A stretch of 64,000 nucleotides of DNA from Rhodobiaceae bacterium (GTDB lineage Bacteria; Pseudomonadota; Alphaproteobacteria; Rhizobiales; TMED25), in NCBI GenBank assembly GCA_018651345.1, contig JABIEF010000074.1, positions 19,934 to 83,933 of the forward strand, read 5' to 3'. Made by a program: the position numbers and the translations under genes. This document shows, piece after piece, positions 8,782-17,666 of the stretch (the first letter of the stretch is position 1; each line of letters starts with the position of its first letter). The notes beneath the pieces were generated by a model that did no database searches, was not told the DNA's origin, and saw only the letters and a program-made list of their open reading frames with translations.

Positions 8782-9783
8782 ATGAATGTTAATAAGCATA
8801 ATACTTTAGATAATCTTTCTGATGAAAAACTGGTAGAGTTATATAAAAAAATGTTGCTTATTAGAAAATGTGAAGAGCATTTGAGTAGCGCAACAAAAGA
8901 GGGTGCATTTCCCGGAGCTGTTCACCTCTACATTGGACAAGAGGCTATTGCAGTAAGCATGTGTGACCATCTGACTGAAGATGATTGGATATCAAGCACA
9001 CACCGTGGACATGGACATTTTATTGCAAAAGGTGGTGATGTTAATACAATGATGGCTGAAATATACGGGAAGGCAACCGGTATATGCAATGGAAAAGGGG
9101 GGTCTATGCACGTGGCTGATTTCAAGAAAGGAATCATGGGAGCCAATGGCGTAGTTGGAGGTGGTATGGGATTGGCTATAGGCGCAGCTTTAGCTGCTTC
9201 TATGGATAAAAAAAATAAAGTCTCAGTAGTTTTTTTTGGTGATGGTGCTGCAAATCAGGGTGTTTTGATGGAGGCAATGAACATTTCTTCTTTGTGGAAA
9301 TTACCTCTTATCTTTGTTTGTGAAAATAATCAATATTCAGAATTTACTCATACTAGCGAGGTAACTTCTGGCAAAATAGTTGATCGTGCTAAGCCTTTTG
9401 GAATTCCAACTTTAGAAGTTGATGGGAATAATTTTATAGAAATGTGGCAAGCATCTGCACAGGCCGTCTTACGAGCAAGGAATAATCAAGGTCCAACGTT
9501 TATAGAAGCTCATACATATAGGCAAAGAGGGCATGTTGAATTTGAATATTCTTTTTTGTCTAGGACATATCGTGACCAAGATGAGGTCAATAAATGGTTG
9601 GCAAATGATAAGGATCCTTTGCTAAGGTTTGAACAATATTTATTTGATAATTCTATAATTGATAATCAAAAAACTGAGGCTTTGAATAATGAGATAGATT
9701 CTGTAGTAAAAGAATCTGTATCTTTCGCTGTGAATAGCCCTTTGCCTGATCTAAGTAGCGCTTTTAATAATATGATAGCATAG
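8782..9783 (+). CDS. TPP-dependent dehydrogenase E1 component, alpha subunit (acetoin/pyruvate dehydrogenase-like)
   Basis: 333 aa. HLYIGQEA, GKGGSMH, TPP motif GDGAANQG...CENNQY, and YRQRGH containing the conserved E1-alpha His. Confidence 0.85.
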   Translation: MNVNKHNTLDNLSDEKLVELYKKMLLIRKCEEHLSSATKEGAFPGAVHLYIGQEAIAVSMCDHLTEDDWISSTHRGHGHFIAKGGDVNTMMAEIYGKATGICNGKGGSMHVADFKKGIMGANGVVGGGMGLAIGAALAASMDKKNKVSVVFFGDGAANQGVLMEAMNISSLWKLPLIFVCENNQYSEFTHTSEVTSGKIVDRAKPFGIPTLEVDGNNFIEMWQASAQAVLRARNNQGPTFIEAHTYRQRGHVEFEYSFLSRTYRDQDEVNKWLANDKDPLLRFEQYLFDNSIIDNQKTEALNNEIDSVVKESVSFAVNSPLPDLSSAFNNMIA

Positions 9784-9796
9784 AGGAGTTTATACT

Positions 9797-10759
9797 ATGT
9801 CTAGAATGAGAATGATGCCTGCAATTAATTCAGCTCTTATAGAAGAGATGGATAGAGATAAAAAAGTAATTTTATATGGTGAAGATGCTGGTATATCGCT
9901 CTTAGGTCAAACCACTGGATTACAGGAACGTTTTGGAAAAGATAGGGTTAGGGATACTCCTATCTGCGAAAACATAATGACAGGCATGGCAGTTGGGGCT
10001 GCTGCGGCTGGTTACAGACCAATATGTCATTTATTGTATGGTAATTTTATTTACACAGGCTTTGATTCTATTGCAAATCAAGCAGCGAAATTAAAGTATA
10101 TGACAGGAGGACAAATTACTCTTCCTATTGTCTACATGGCAGTGATAGGTGGAGGACGTTCTGCTGCTGCCCAGCATTCTGACACTCCTTATCCCGCGTT
10201 AATGAATTTAGGTGGAATCAAAGTAGTTGTGCCTTCAAGCGCGAGAAGTGCAAAAGGTCTATTAAAAGCTGCAATTCGAGATGATAATCCAGTATTTTAT
10301 TTAACCGCAGGGAGTAGCGGAAAGCCTGAAGAGGTTCCTGATGATGATTTTATTTTACCAATCGGTAAGGCAGAAATATTAAGAGAGGGAAATGATATAA
10401 CTATTGTTGCGATTGGCCCTATGGTTTTAAAGGCTGTCGAGGCTTCTTTGGCGCTTGAAAAAATAGGAATTCATGCTGAGGTAATTGACCTTTTATCTTT
10501 GTTGCCGATAGATGAAGAAACTATAATTAACTCGGTAAAGAAAACAGGTAGACTTGTAATTGTTGATGAGGCAAGAGATGTGTGCAGTGCTGCGAGTCAT
10601 ATTGCAGCAATAGCTGCTGACAAGGCCTTTAATAGCTTAAAATCTCCTGTAAAAAGAGTAACGGTTGATAATTTAGCTATTCCTTATTCTCCAATTCTAG
10701 AAGACCAAGTTATTCCAAATGTTGAAAATATTGTGAATACAGTTAGAGAATTAATTTAA
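9797..10759 (+). CDS. TPP-dependent dehydrogenase E1 component, beta subunit
   Basis: 320 aa. GEDAG, RVRDTPICEN, ANQAAKLKYMTGG and AAQHS (transketolase-like pyrimidine-binding and C-terminal domains). It starts 13 nt after E1 alpha. Confidence 0.85.
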   Translation: MSRMRMMPAINSALIEEMDRDKKVILYGEDAGISLLGQTTGLQERFGKDRVRDTPICENIMTGMAVGAAAAGYRPICHLLYGNFIYTGFDSIANQAAKLKYMTGGQITLPIVYMAVIGGGRSAAAQHSDTPYPALMNLGGIKVVVPSSARSAKGLLKAAIRDDNPVFYLTAGSSGKPEEVPDDDFILPIGKAEILREGNDITIVAIGPMVLKAVEASLALEKIGIHAEVIDLLSLLPIDEETIINSVKKTGRLVIVDEARDVCSAASHIAAIAADKAFNSLKSPVKRVTVDNLAIPYSPILEDQVIPNVENIVNTVRELI

Positions 10760-10783
10760 TAAAGAAATTTAAGGATAATATTA

Positions 10784-11020
10784 ATGAGCACAACATTGAA
10801 GTTACCGCGAGTCGGTATGAATATGGAAGAAGGAACAATAGTAGAATGGTTTGTTAAGCCTGGTGAAAAATTTTTAGAAGGTGACAAGCTATATGCACTA
10901 GAAACTGATAAAACTACTGCTGAGATTGAAGCTCCAATATCAGGTACATTAGAAGAGATTTTAGCAAAAGATGGAGAAGATGTTTCTGTTGGGGATCCTA
11001 TCTGCACTGTCAAAGAATAA
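10784..11020 (+). CDS. stand-alone lipoyl-attachment domain protein (78 aa)
   Basis: The whole ORF is one lipoyl domain: LPRVGMNMEEGTIVEW...GDKLYALETDKTTAEIEAPISG...GDPI, with the canonical E-T-D-K lipoyl-lysine turn. An AAGGA Shine-Dalgarno lies upstream. A stop codon follows the domain, and only 89 nt separate it from the next gene. Confidence 0.8.
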   Translation: MSTTLKLPRVGMNMEEGTIVEWFVKPGEKFLEGDKLYALETDKTTAEIEAPISGTLEEILAKDGEDVSVGDPICTVKE

Positions 11021-11109
11021 TTATTTATTATTTTTAATTATCTTTTTTTGCCTAAGATACTAGATAACAAGAAATAAACAATCATACCAATGATTAGTCA
11101 GGGCTTATT

Positions 11110-12489
11110 TTGTTCAATTTAAATTTTTTATTCGGACATTTTCAAGAAACTATTAAATTAGGTTTTCCGATTATAATAGCACGTACTTCAATACTCTTAA
11201 TGGTAACTGTAGACGCTATGATGACAGGTTGGGCAGGTTCTGATGAGCTTGCTTACCTAGGTATTGGTTTGGCGCCAGGGCTAACCTTAATGATTATTTC
11301 TATTGGTGCGTTACAAGCCACTGTTGTTTTGTCATCTCAAGCGGTTGGCTCAAATAATATACAACAAATAGGTGGGGTATGGAGAGTAAGTTTATTACAT
11401 AGTATAATTTTTTCAATTATTGCAATTATTTGTACGCTTTATGTTGAGCAATTATTTCTTATTACAGGGCAAGATGCTGTTGTATCGGAAGAAGGCGCAA
11501 AAGTTGCAATGGTTTTTGCGTTTGGAATACCTGGAATGTTGTTGTTTGTGTCAACAAATTTAATCCTAGAATCTCTTGGTTACCCTAAAGTGGCTATGTG
11601 TATTATGTTGGCAGCCAATGGATTGAACATAATCTTAAATGGTATCTTTGTTTTATCGTGGGGTAATTATTTTAATTTAGGTGGAGCTTATGAAGCTATT
11701 TTAGTATCTTCTTCTATAAGATGGGTTGTTTTTTTGGCAGCATTTATTTATTTAATTTGGATGTCAAATAAAAATAAAAATAAATATAATATTATTGTGC
11801 CATTAAATATGTGGATTAAACAATTAATATCCATAAACGATCCAATTACGAAAAAATTTAGAAAAATATCATTACCCATGTCTTTTACGCAGGCTGTTGA
11901 AAGCGTAGCTTTTGGGGTTATGGTTTTTATAGCAGGATTATTTGGAACAAATGCATTGGCTGCCCACCAGGCATGTTTTACTATAATGAGTCTTGTGTAT
12001 ATGCTGGCTATTGGCATGGCAGGGGCTACATCCATAAGGGTAGGTAAAGCTGTAGGTATGCAGAATGTTAAAAATACTCAAGTTTCAGGATTTGTTGGTC
12101 TAATTGTTGCAGCTTTTTTAACGTTACCATTTACATTTTTTGCTGTATTTTATCCTGAGACTATTGCAAGAATATTTTTTATTGATATAGAAATAATTAA
12201 TCTTACTGCTCAAGTTTTAATCATAATTGGTTGTTTGGCAGTATTTGATGGAATGATGGCGGTTACATTAGGTGCATTGAGAGGAACCGGAGATGTTTGG
12301 ATGCCTTGTGTTATGCAATCAATAGCTTTTTGGTTAATAGGATTACCTATAGCATACTACTTATCGGTTAATCTGGAATATGGTATAATTGGATTGTGGT
12401 ATGGCTTAGGTTCTGGAATATTTATTTCGTTATTGCTATTGGTCCCACGTTTTTATATGATTTCTTCAAAGCCAATAGTTAGATTATAA
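11110..12489 (+). CDS. MATE-family efflux transporter
   Basis: 459-aa 12-TM ORF with a two-fold repeat. The N-terminal LGFPIIIARTS...MVTVDAMMTG and the second-half ISLPMSFTQAVESVAF pattern are typical of MATE/NorM proteins. The start is a TTG from the ORF track and is uncertain. Confidence 0.78.
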   Translation: MFNLNFLFGHFQETIKLGFPIIIARTSILLMVTVDAMMTGWAGSDELAYLGIGLAPGLTLMIISIGALQATVVLSSQAVGSNNIQQIGGVWRVSLLHSIIFSIIAIICTLYVEQLFLITGQDAVVSEEGAKVAMVFAFGIPGMLLFVSTNLILESLGYPKVAMCIMLAANGLNIILNGIFVLSWGNYFNLGGAYEAILVSSSIRWVVFLAAFIYLIWMSNKNKNKYNIIVPLNMWIKQLISINDPITKKFRKISLPMSFTQAVESVAFGVMVFIAGLFGTNALAAHQACFTIMSLVYMLAIGMAGATSIRVGKAVGMQNVKNTQVSGFVGLIVAAFLTLPFTFFAVFYPETIARIFFIDIEIINLTAQVLIIIGCLAVFDGMMAVTLGALRGTGDVWMPCVMQSIAFWLIGLPIAYYLSVNLEYGIIGLWYGLGSGIFISLLLLVPRFYMISSKPIVRL

Positions 12490-12511
12490 TTTCTTATGGA
12501 GTATTTATTTA

Positions 12512-13402
12512 ATGGAATTTCCAGTAATTGATTCACATCATCATGTGTGGATGAAAAAAGACCTAGATTGGTTAAATGGTGAATTACAACCAAGAATATT
12601 TGGTGATTACACAGATATTAAAAAAGATTATTCAATAGAAGAATATATTGATGATGTGATCCCTTATGATGTTGTTAAATCAGTATATATTCAATGCAAT
12701 TGGCCTGAAGATAAATGCGAAGAAGAAGCGTTATATATAGACGAATGCTTTAATGCATCTGGATGGCCTTCTGCCTTTATTGGGTTTTGTGATTTATTAA
12801 ACCCTAAAGCTAATAATATGTTAGAAAAATTACTTGCCTACCCCCTAACAAGAGGTATTCGCATGCAACTTCATTGGCATAAAAATAAAGATTATTCATT
12901 CGCCTCACGAGATAATATTATGGAGGATAAGATTTTTAATAAGAATTTAGAATTTTTAGCAAAAAATCAGTTAGTTTTTGAACTACAAATATTTGAAAAC
13001 CAGGTTGATCAGGCAATTGCACTTGCAAATAGATTTCCTGAAATTAATTTTATTTTACAACATGCCGGTATGCCTCATGATGACACCAAAGATGGTATAG
13101 AGAAATGGCTTAATTTTATGAAAAAGTTGGCTCCAATTTCGAATATATATATAAAGTTATCAGGTTTAGGAACATTCATTCATAAAAATGATACTAGTCA
13201 TATAAAGTTCATTGTTGAATCTGTTTTAAGTATTTTTAGCTCTAATCGTTGCTTATTTGGCTCTAATTTTCCAATTGAAAAAATATGGTGTAACTATGGA
13301 GAGTTAATTAATTCATATAAAGATGCAACTAAAGATCTAAAATTAATAGATAAAAAAAATATATTCTATAACACTGCTAAAAAATTATATCGACTGGGTT
13401 GA
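12512..13402 (+). CDS. amidohydrolase-2 family TIM-barrel hydrolase (COG3618 / sugar-lactonase-like)
   Basis: 296 aa. N-terminal metal/active-site His pair in IDSHHHVW, QHAGMP, and a C-terminal LFGSNFP block aligning to the family GSD(W/F)P motif, with Asn in place of Asp. Confidence 0.72.
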   Translation: MEFPVIDSHHHVWMKKDLDWLNGELQPRIFGDYTDIKKDYSIEEYIDDVIPYDVVKSVYIQCNWPEDKCEEEALYIDECFNASGWPSAFIGFCDLLNPKANNMLEKLLAYPLTRGIRMQLHWHKNKDYSFASRDNIMEDKIFNKNLEFLAKNQLVFELQIFENQVDQAIALANRFPEINFILQHAGMPHDDTKDGIEKWLNFMKKLAPISNIYIKLSGLGTFIHKNDTSHIKFIVESVLSIFSSNRCLFGSNFPIEKIWCNYGELINSYKDATKDLKLIDKKNIFYNTAKKLYRLG

Positions 13403-14599
13403 TTGCGCTTTTCTTACAACTGCACACTCTCTAATAGGATAATGTATTGATGCGGCAAATAATCCAAGAAAAATAGATATTCCCCACATTAGGTTATAAT
13501 TACCAGAAATATCATAAAGGTAACCGCCTAACCAAGAACTAGCAAAGCCACCAATTTGATGGCTTAAAAAGACGATCCCATATAACATGGACATATAACG
13601 GACTCCAAAGAACGCAGCCACTAATCCACTTGTAAGAGGTACGGTTCCAAGCCAGAGCAAACCTAACGTGAATGTAAATATTAGCGTGGAAATAGGTGTG
13701 ATTGGAAGGGCGACATAGATTATGAAAACTATGGATCTTAATGAATAAAAATAAACAAGTGCCTTGCTCTTTTCCATATGATCGCCAATTTTTCCGGCTA
13801 TAATAACACCAAATATATTCGCTAAGCCAACTAAAGCAAGTGCTGTTGTAGCTACTGAGGAATCAAATGATAGATCTGACAAGTATGCTGGTAAGTGGGT
13901 TACAATAAAGTTCACATGAAAACCGCAAATAAAAAAACCTATTGTTAAAAGTATAAAATTTCTATGTGTCATGGCTTCTTTCAAAGCTTCTATTACAGAT
14001 TGTGGATTCTCAACTTGTTTATCCTTCGTTGATATATTAGATTTACCTCTAATGCCATAGGCAAAGGGTACAATTATAGCAGCCATAATAACCATTGTTA
14101 ATAATGCTATAGACCAGCTATAATCTTGAATTAATTTTCCTGCCATTGGTATTGCAGCGAACATGCCTATTGACCCTCCCATAGACGCTAATCCAAGTGC
14201 AGTTCCTCTTTTATTTTTTGGTACAGCACGACCAATAGCTCCAAGTATTACAGTAAAGCCAAGTCCAGATAACCCAATTCCAATTAATATTCCTCCAAAG
14301 AGAAGGTTTGTTTCATTATCTGCCATTCCGATTAGATAAAGACCTAGGCAATAAAACATAGCGCCACATAACACTACTTTACCCGTACCATATTTATCAG
14401 AGATTGCTCCAGTAAAAGGAGCGCAAATGCCCCATAATAGATTTACAAGACCAATGGTAAGAGCAAAACTTTCCCGTCCTAGATTGAGATCTAAACTTAT
14501 TGGTTCTAGAAAAAGACCAAAAGATTGCCTGATGCCTACGGCTATTGCCAATATAACGCCGCCAGATATTATTTTTAGATTCAAAGAACTTATTCTCAT
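13385..14599 (-). CDS. MFS transporter (oxalate/formate-antiporter-like subfamily)
   Basis: 404-aa 12-TM ORF. GAISDKYGTGKV and GKIGDHMEKSK loop motifs sit at the MFS 2-3 and 8-9 loop positions. The start overlaps the upstream stop as TAATG. Confidence 0.8.
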   Translation of the reverse strand: MRISSLNLKIISGGVILAIAVGIRQSFGLFLEPISLDLNLGRESFALTIGLVNLLWGICAPFTGAISDKYGTGKVVLCGAMFYCLGLYLIGMADNETNLLFGGILIGIGLSGLGFTVILGAIGRAVPKNKRGTALGLASMGGSIGMFAAIPMAGKLIQDYSWSIALLTMVIMAAIIVPFAYGIRGKSNISTKDKQVENPQSVIEALKEAMTHRNFILLTIGFFICGFHVNFIVTHLPAYLSDLSFDSSVATTALALVGLANIFGVIIAGKIGDHMEKSKALVYFYSLRSIVFIIYVALPITPISTLIFTFTLGLLWLGTVPLTSGLVAAFFGVRYMSMLYGIVFLSHQIGGFASSWLGGYLYDISGNYNLMWGISIFLGLFAASIHYPIRECAVVRKAQSTQSI

Positions 14600-15519
14600 T
14601 ATATTTTTATCTCATTTAATTCTATTTTTTCTTGCATAAATTCATTTATATCATTTTTATATATACGCCGATAAACATTAAAGTTCCATTCATCATTCAT
14701 TTTATATATTTCATATTTATTATAAGAAGTTTGTTTTGCTTTTTTATTAACCTTTGAGCTTGAAGGTATACCAAAGCAAGGAATAATTGAATTTTTTGTT
14801 TTGAGGTATGTGATAGAATCTTTGTGAAGGTGGCCATGAAGTAATAATTCAATATTGTAATCATCTAATAATTTAATAAGTTTATCATTATCTAAAAGCC
14901 CTTTATAATTGAAGGGACCAATTTTGTGAATTGGGTGATGGAGAATTAATATCTTAAAGTAATTCTTTTTCGATAAATAAATAAATATATCTTCAAGTTT
15001 TCTTAATTGATCTTTTCCAATCTTTCCATAGCACATAAATGGTAGAGTAGGTATAGCGGTAGATAATCCAATCAATGCAATTTCATTTCTAACCTTTAGA
15101 TAAGGAAAAGTATTTTTCTTCATTTTAAAATACTTTGATAATACCACATCAGTTTTAATATAATCTTTCCAATGGATAATAGATTTATCAAAATCCATTT
15201 GTATATAACAATCATGATTTCCTGGAACAACAGATATATTCTCTGGAATACTAATTTTTTTTAATATTTTAGAAGCATTGATATATTCGTCTTCTAAGGA
15301 TAAATTTACTAGATCACCACTGACAATCAAATGATCACTACCTTGTTTTTTTAAATCGTTTATAAGGTCTCTAATTATATTATCGTTATAGTTATTTTTT
15401 CTATTAAGATGCCAATTGATAAATCCAATGATACGTTTATTAAATAATTCTTTGTATTTTGGTTTTTTCTTTATTGGTAAATGAAGATCTGATATGTGTG
15501 ATATACTATATTTTAACAT
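14599..15519 (-). CDS. calcineurin-like metallophosphoesterase
   Basis: 306 aa. Ordered motifs ISDLHL, SGDLVN, GNHD, ILHHP and GHLH. Confidence 0.82.
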   Translation of the reverse strand: MLKYSISHISDLHLPIKKKPKYKELFNKRIIGFINWHLNRKNNYNDNIIRDLINDLKKQGSDHLIVSGDLVNLSLEDEYINASKILKKISIPENISVVPGNHDCYIQMDFDKSIIHWKDYIKTDVVLSKYFKMKKNTFPYLKVRNEIALIGLSTAIPTLPFMCYGKIGKDQLRKLEDIFIYLSKKNYFKILILHHPIHKIGPFNYKGLLDNDKLIKLLDDYNIELLLHGHLHKDSITYLKTKNSIIPCFGIPSSSKVNKKAKQTSYNKYEIYKMNDEWNFNVYRRIYKNDINEFMQEKIELNEIKI

Positions 15520-15543
15520 TTATATTTTCTAGTAGCGTTTAAA

Positions 15544-15996
15544 TTAATGGTTTTTAATTAAATATTTTTGGTGATATTCTTCAGCCAACCAAAATTTTTC
15601 TTCTTCATAAAGAATTGTAGCTATTGGAAGTTGGTATCTTTTTGTATTTTCAATATTGATAATTATATTCCTAATTATATTTAAATGATTTTGATTAGAA
15701 CTAAAAATACATGATCTATATTGGGATCCTATATCCGGCCCCTGTCTATTTATTTGAGTAGGGTCATGAATCTCCCAAAATATATTTAACAATTCTTTAA
15801 CTGAAATTTCGTTTTCATTAAATTCTACTTTAACAACTTCTGCATGGCCAGTTAGCCCAGAACATACCTGATTATATGTTGGGTTATTAGTTTGTCCTCC
15901 TGCATAGCCAACAGCCGTTGTCATTACTCCTTTTGTATTAAAGAATATTTTTTCTACGTGCCAGAAACAGCCGGCACCAAACAGTATTGTTTCCAT
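15544..15996 (-). CDS. msrA: peptide-methionine (S)-S-oxide reductase
   Basis: 150 aa. FGAGCFWHVE catalytic Cys motif, GYAGG, GHAEVV, HDPTQ.NRQG.D.G.QYRS. Confidence 0.9.
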   Translation of the reverse strand: METILFGAGCFWHVEKIFFNTKGVMTTAVGYAGGQTNNPTYNQVCSGLTGHAEVVKVEFNENEISVKELLNIFWEIHDPTQINRQGPDIGSQYRSCIFSSNQNHLNIIRNIIINIENTKRYQLPIATILYEEEKFWLAEEYHQKYLIKNH

Positions 15997-16018
15997 AAAA
16001 CCTAATCCTTATTATTAT

Positions 16019-17002
16019 CTAACTAGACATTAAATTTCTATCATGTTTTGATGAAAAATCTATATCAGGTCCATGAGCTATAATCCCATGAGGATTAATA
16101 GTTTCATGGCTACCATAATAGTGTAATTTACTGTATTCAATATCAACCGTTTCTTTGATTCCAGGAAACTGATAAAGCTCTCTTGTGTATGCGGAAAGAT
16201 TGGGATATTCGCTTAATTTTTTCTTATTACATTTGAAGTGTCCATGATAGACGCTATCAAATCTAAATAATGTAGGTGCCAATCTCCAGTCGGATTCTGT
16301 GATAATATTACCTAGTAAGTATCTGTTTTTTGATAGAATATTTTCTAAGTAATCTAGTCCATTAAAAAGTTTTGTAACCGCTTCATCGTAAGCATCTTGA
16401 GTTGTTGAAAATCCAGATTTATAAACACCGTTATTGATATTATTATATATATAATCATTCATTTCATCTATTTTTAATCTGTGTTGTATTGGGTAATAGT
16501 CGCCCTCTAAACCACCTACATCATCAAACGATGTGTTAAACATTCTTATTATATCAGCAGATTCATTGTTAACTATTGTTGATTTCTTTTTGTCCCATAG
16601 TATGGGAACTGTTGATCTTCCTTCATACAACGGGTCGACTTGCAAGTAGATCTCATATAAGTATTTTTTATTATTTACTACATCTGGTGTTACCCCTAAA
16701 CCTTCTTCAAACGTCCAGCCTTTAGATTTCATTATTGCGTTTACTATTGAAATTGTAATAATATTTTCTAAACCTTTTACGGCTCTGAAGATAAGCGCCC
16801 TATGGGCCCAGGGACAAGCAAGAGAAACATATAAATGATATCGATCTTTCTCTGCAATGAATCCGCCTACACCTGTTGGTCCTGGGTTACCATCTTTGGT
16901 AATCCAATTTCTGAATGTTGAAGGTTTTCTGATGTAATGACCATTGGTCGCTTGGGTATTATACCACTGATCGATCCATTTTCCCTCTTTTATATAACCC
17001 AT
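16019..17002 (-). CDS. yqjG: glutathionyl-hydroquinone reductase (Xi-class GST, YqjG-like)
   Basis: 327 aa. YHLYVSLACPWAHRALI (CPWA active site) and the NNESADIIRMFN and GVYKSGF blocks are typical of YqjG/ECM4. Confidence 0.85.
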   Translation of the reverse strand: MGYIKEGKWIDQWYNTQATNGHYIRKPSTFRNWITKDGNPGPTGVGGFIAEKDRYHLYVSLACPWAHRALIFRAVKGLENIITISIVNAIMKSKGWTFEEGLGVTPDVVNNKKYLYEIYLQVDPLYEGRSTVPILWDKKKSTIVNNESADIIRMFNTSFDDVGGLEGDYYPIQHRLKIDEMNDYIYNNINNGVYKSGFSTTQDAYDEAVTKLFNGLDYLENILSKNRYLLGNIITESDWRLAPTLFRFDSVYHGHFKCNKKKLSEYPNLSAYTRELYQFPGIKETVDIEYSKLHYYGSHETINPHGIIAHGPDIDFSSKHDRNLMSS

Positions 17003-17113
17003 AGTGACTCCATTGTGATTAAATTATAGTAATTATAGAAAATATAATCTATTTGTTCTAAAATAACTAGTCATCTGTACAAAGATAAATTTTTAGAAAT
17101 AATAAGTATATTT

Positions 17114-17638
17114 ATGAATAATTATAATAATCTTACTATTAAAAGAGAAGAGAAAAAAGAGGATCCTCTAATTAGAGATCTATTATCTTCTGCTTTTGGT
17201 CCAGGGAGGTTTGCAAAAACAGCATATCGATTAAGAGAAAATGCATTGCATTACACAAACCTATCATTTGTTTGTTATAAAGATAATTTATTAATTGGTT
17301 CTGTAAGGTACTGGCCAATTTTATCAGATGACGATAAAGAGCTACTTTTACTGGGTCCGGTAGCAATTCACCCTTCTTGCAGAGGTCATGGTATTGGTTA
17401 TAAACTTATAAACGAAAGCATTAATCATTGCAGAGACAATGGACACTCAGTCCTGATCTTGGTAGGAGATTTAGCTTATTATAGTAAATTAAATTTTTCT
17501 ATTGTTCCACGTGGGCAAATAAAATTTCCTGGACCTGTCGATCCTCAAAGAATACTATACAACGACTTTGGAACCGGAGAATTTAATAAAATAATCGGTA
17601 ACCTTAGGCCTTACGTAAAAAAAATCGTAGATTTATAA
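17114..17638 (+). CDS. GNAT-family N-acetyltransferase
   Basis: 174 aa. LLGPVAIHPSCRGHGIGYKLI contains the acetyl-CoA pyrophosphate-binding R-x-x-G-x-G motif. Confidence 0.7.
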   Translation: MNNYNNLTIKREEKKEDPLIRDLLSSAFGPGRFAKTAYRLRENALHYTNLSFVCYKDNLLIGSVRYWPILSDDDKELLLLGPVAIHPSCRGHGIGYKLINESINHCRDNGHSVLILVGDLAYYSKLNFSIVPRGQIKFPGPVDPQRILYNDFGTGEFNKIIGNLRPYVKKIVDL

Positions 17639-17666
17639 TATTAACTTTATCTAGATAAGATAAAAC

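Noticed and set aside
10756-11013. An 85-aa minus-strand ORF exactly opposite the 78-aa lipoyl-domain ORF.
   Set aside because: The plus-strand frame gives a textbook lipoyl domain (ETDK turn, flanking Gly/Pro pattern) with an AAGGA ribosome-binding site and operon spacing. The minus-strand product is Ser-rich with no motif.
143-14599. I asked whether either tRNA-adjacent block is a classical genomic island, integrative element or prophage remnant.
   Set aside because: There is no integrase, transposase, phage or conjugation gene, and I could find no direct repeat of either tRNA 3' end. I report them only as probable variable metabolic loci.
17647-17658. A perfect 12-bp palindrome TTATCTAGATAA between the GNAT gene stop and the DUF1285 start.
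   Set aside because: It is short, composed almost entirely of A and T, and has no flanking stem extension or T tract. Such a palindrome is plausible by chance in this composition.
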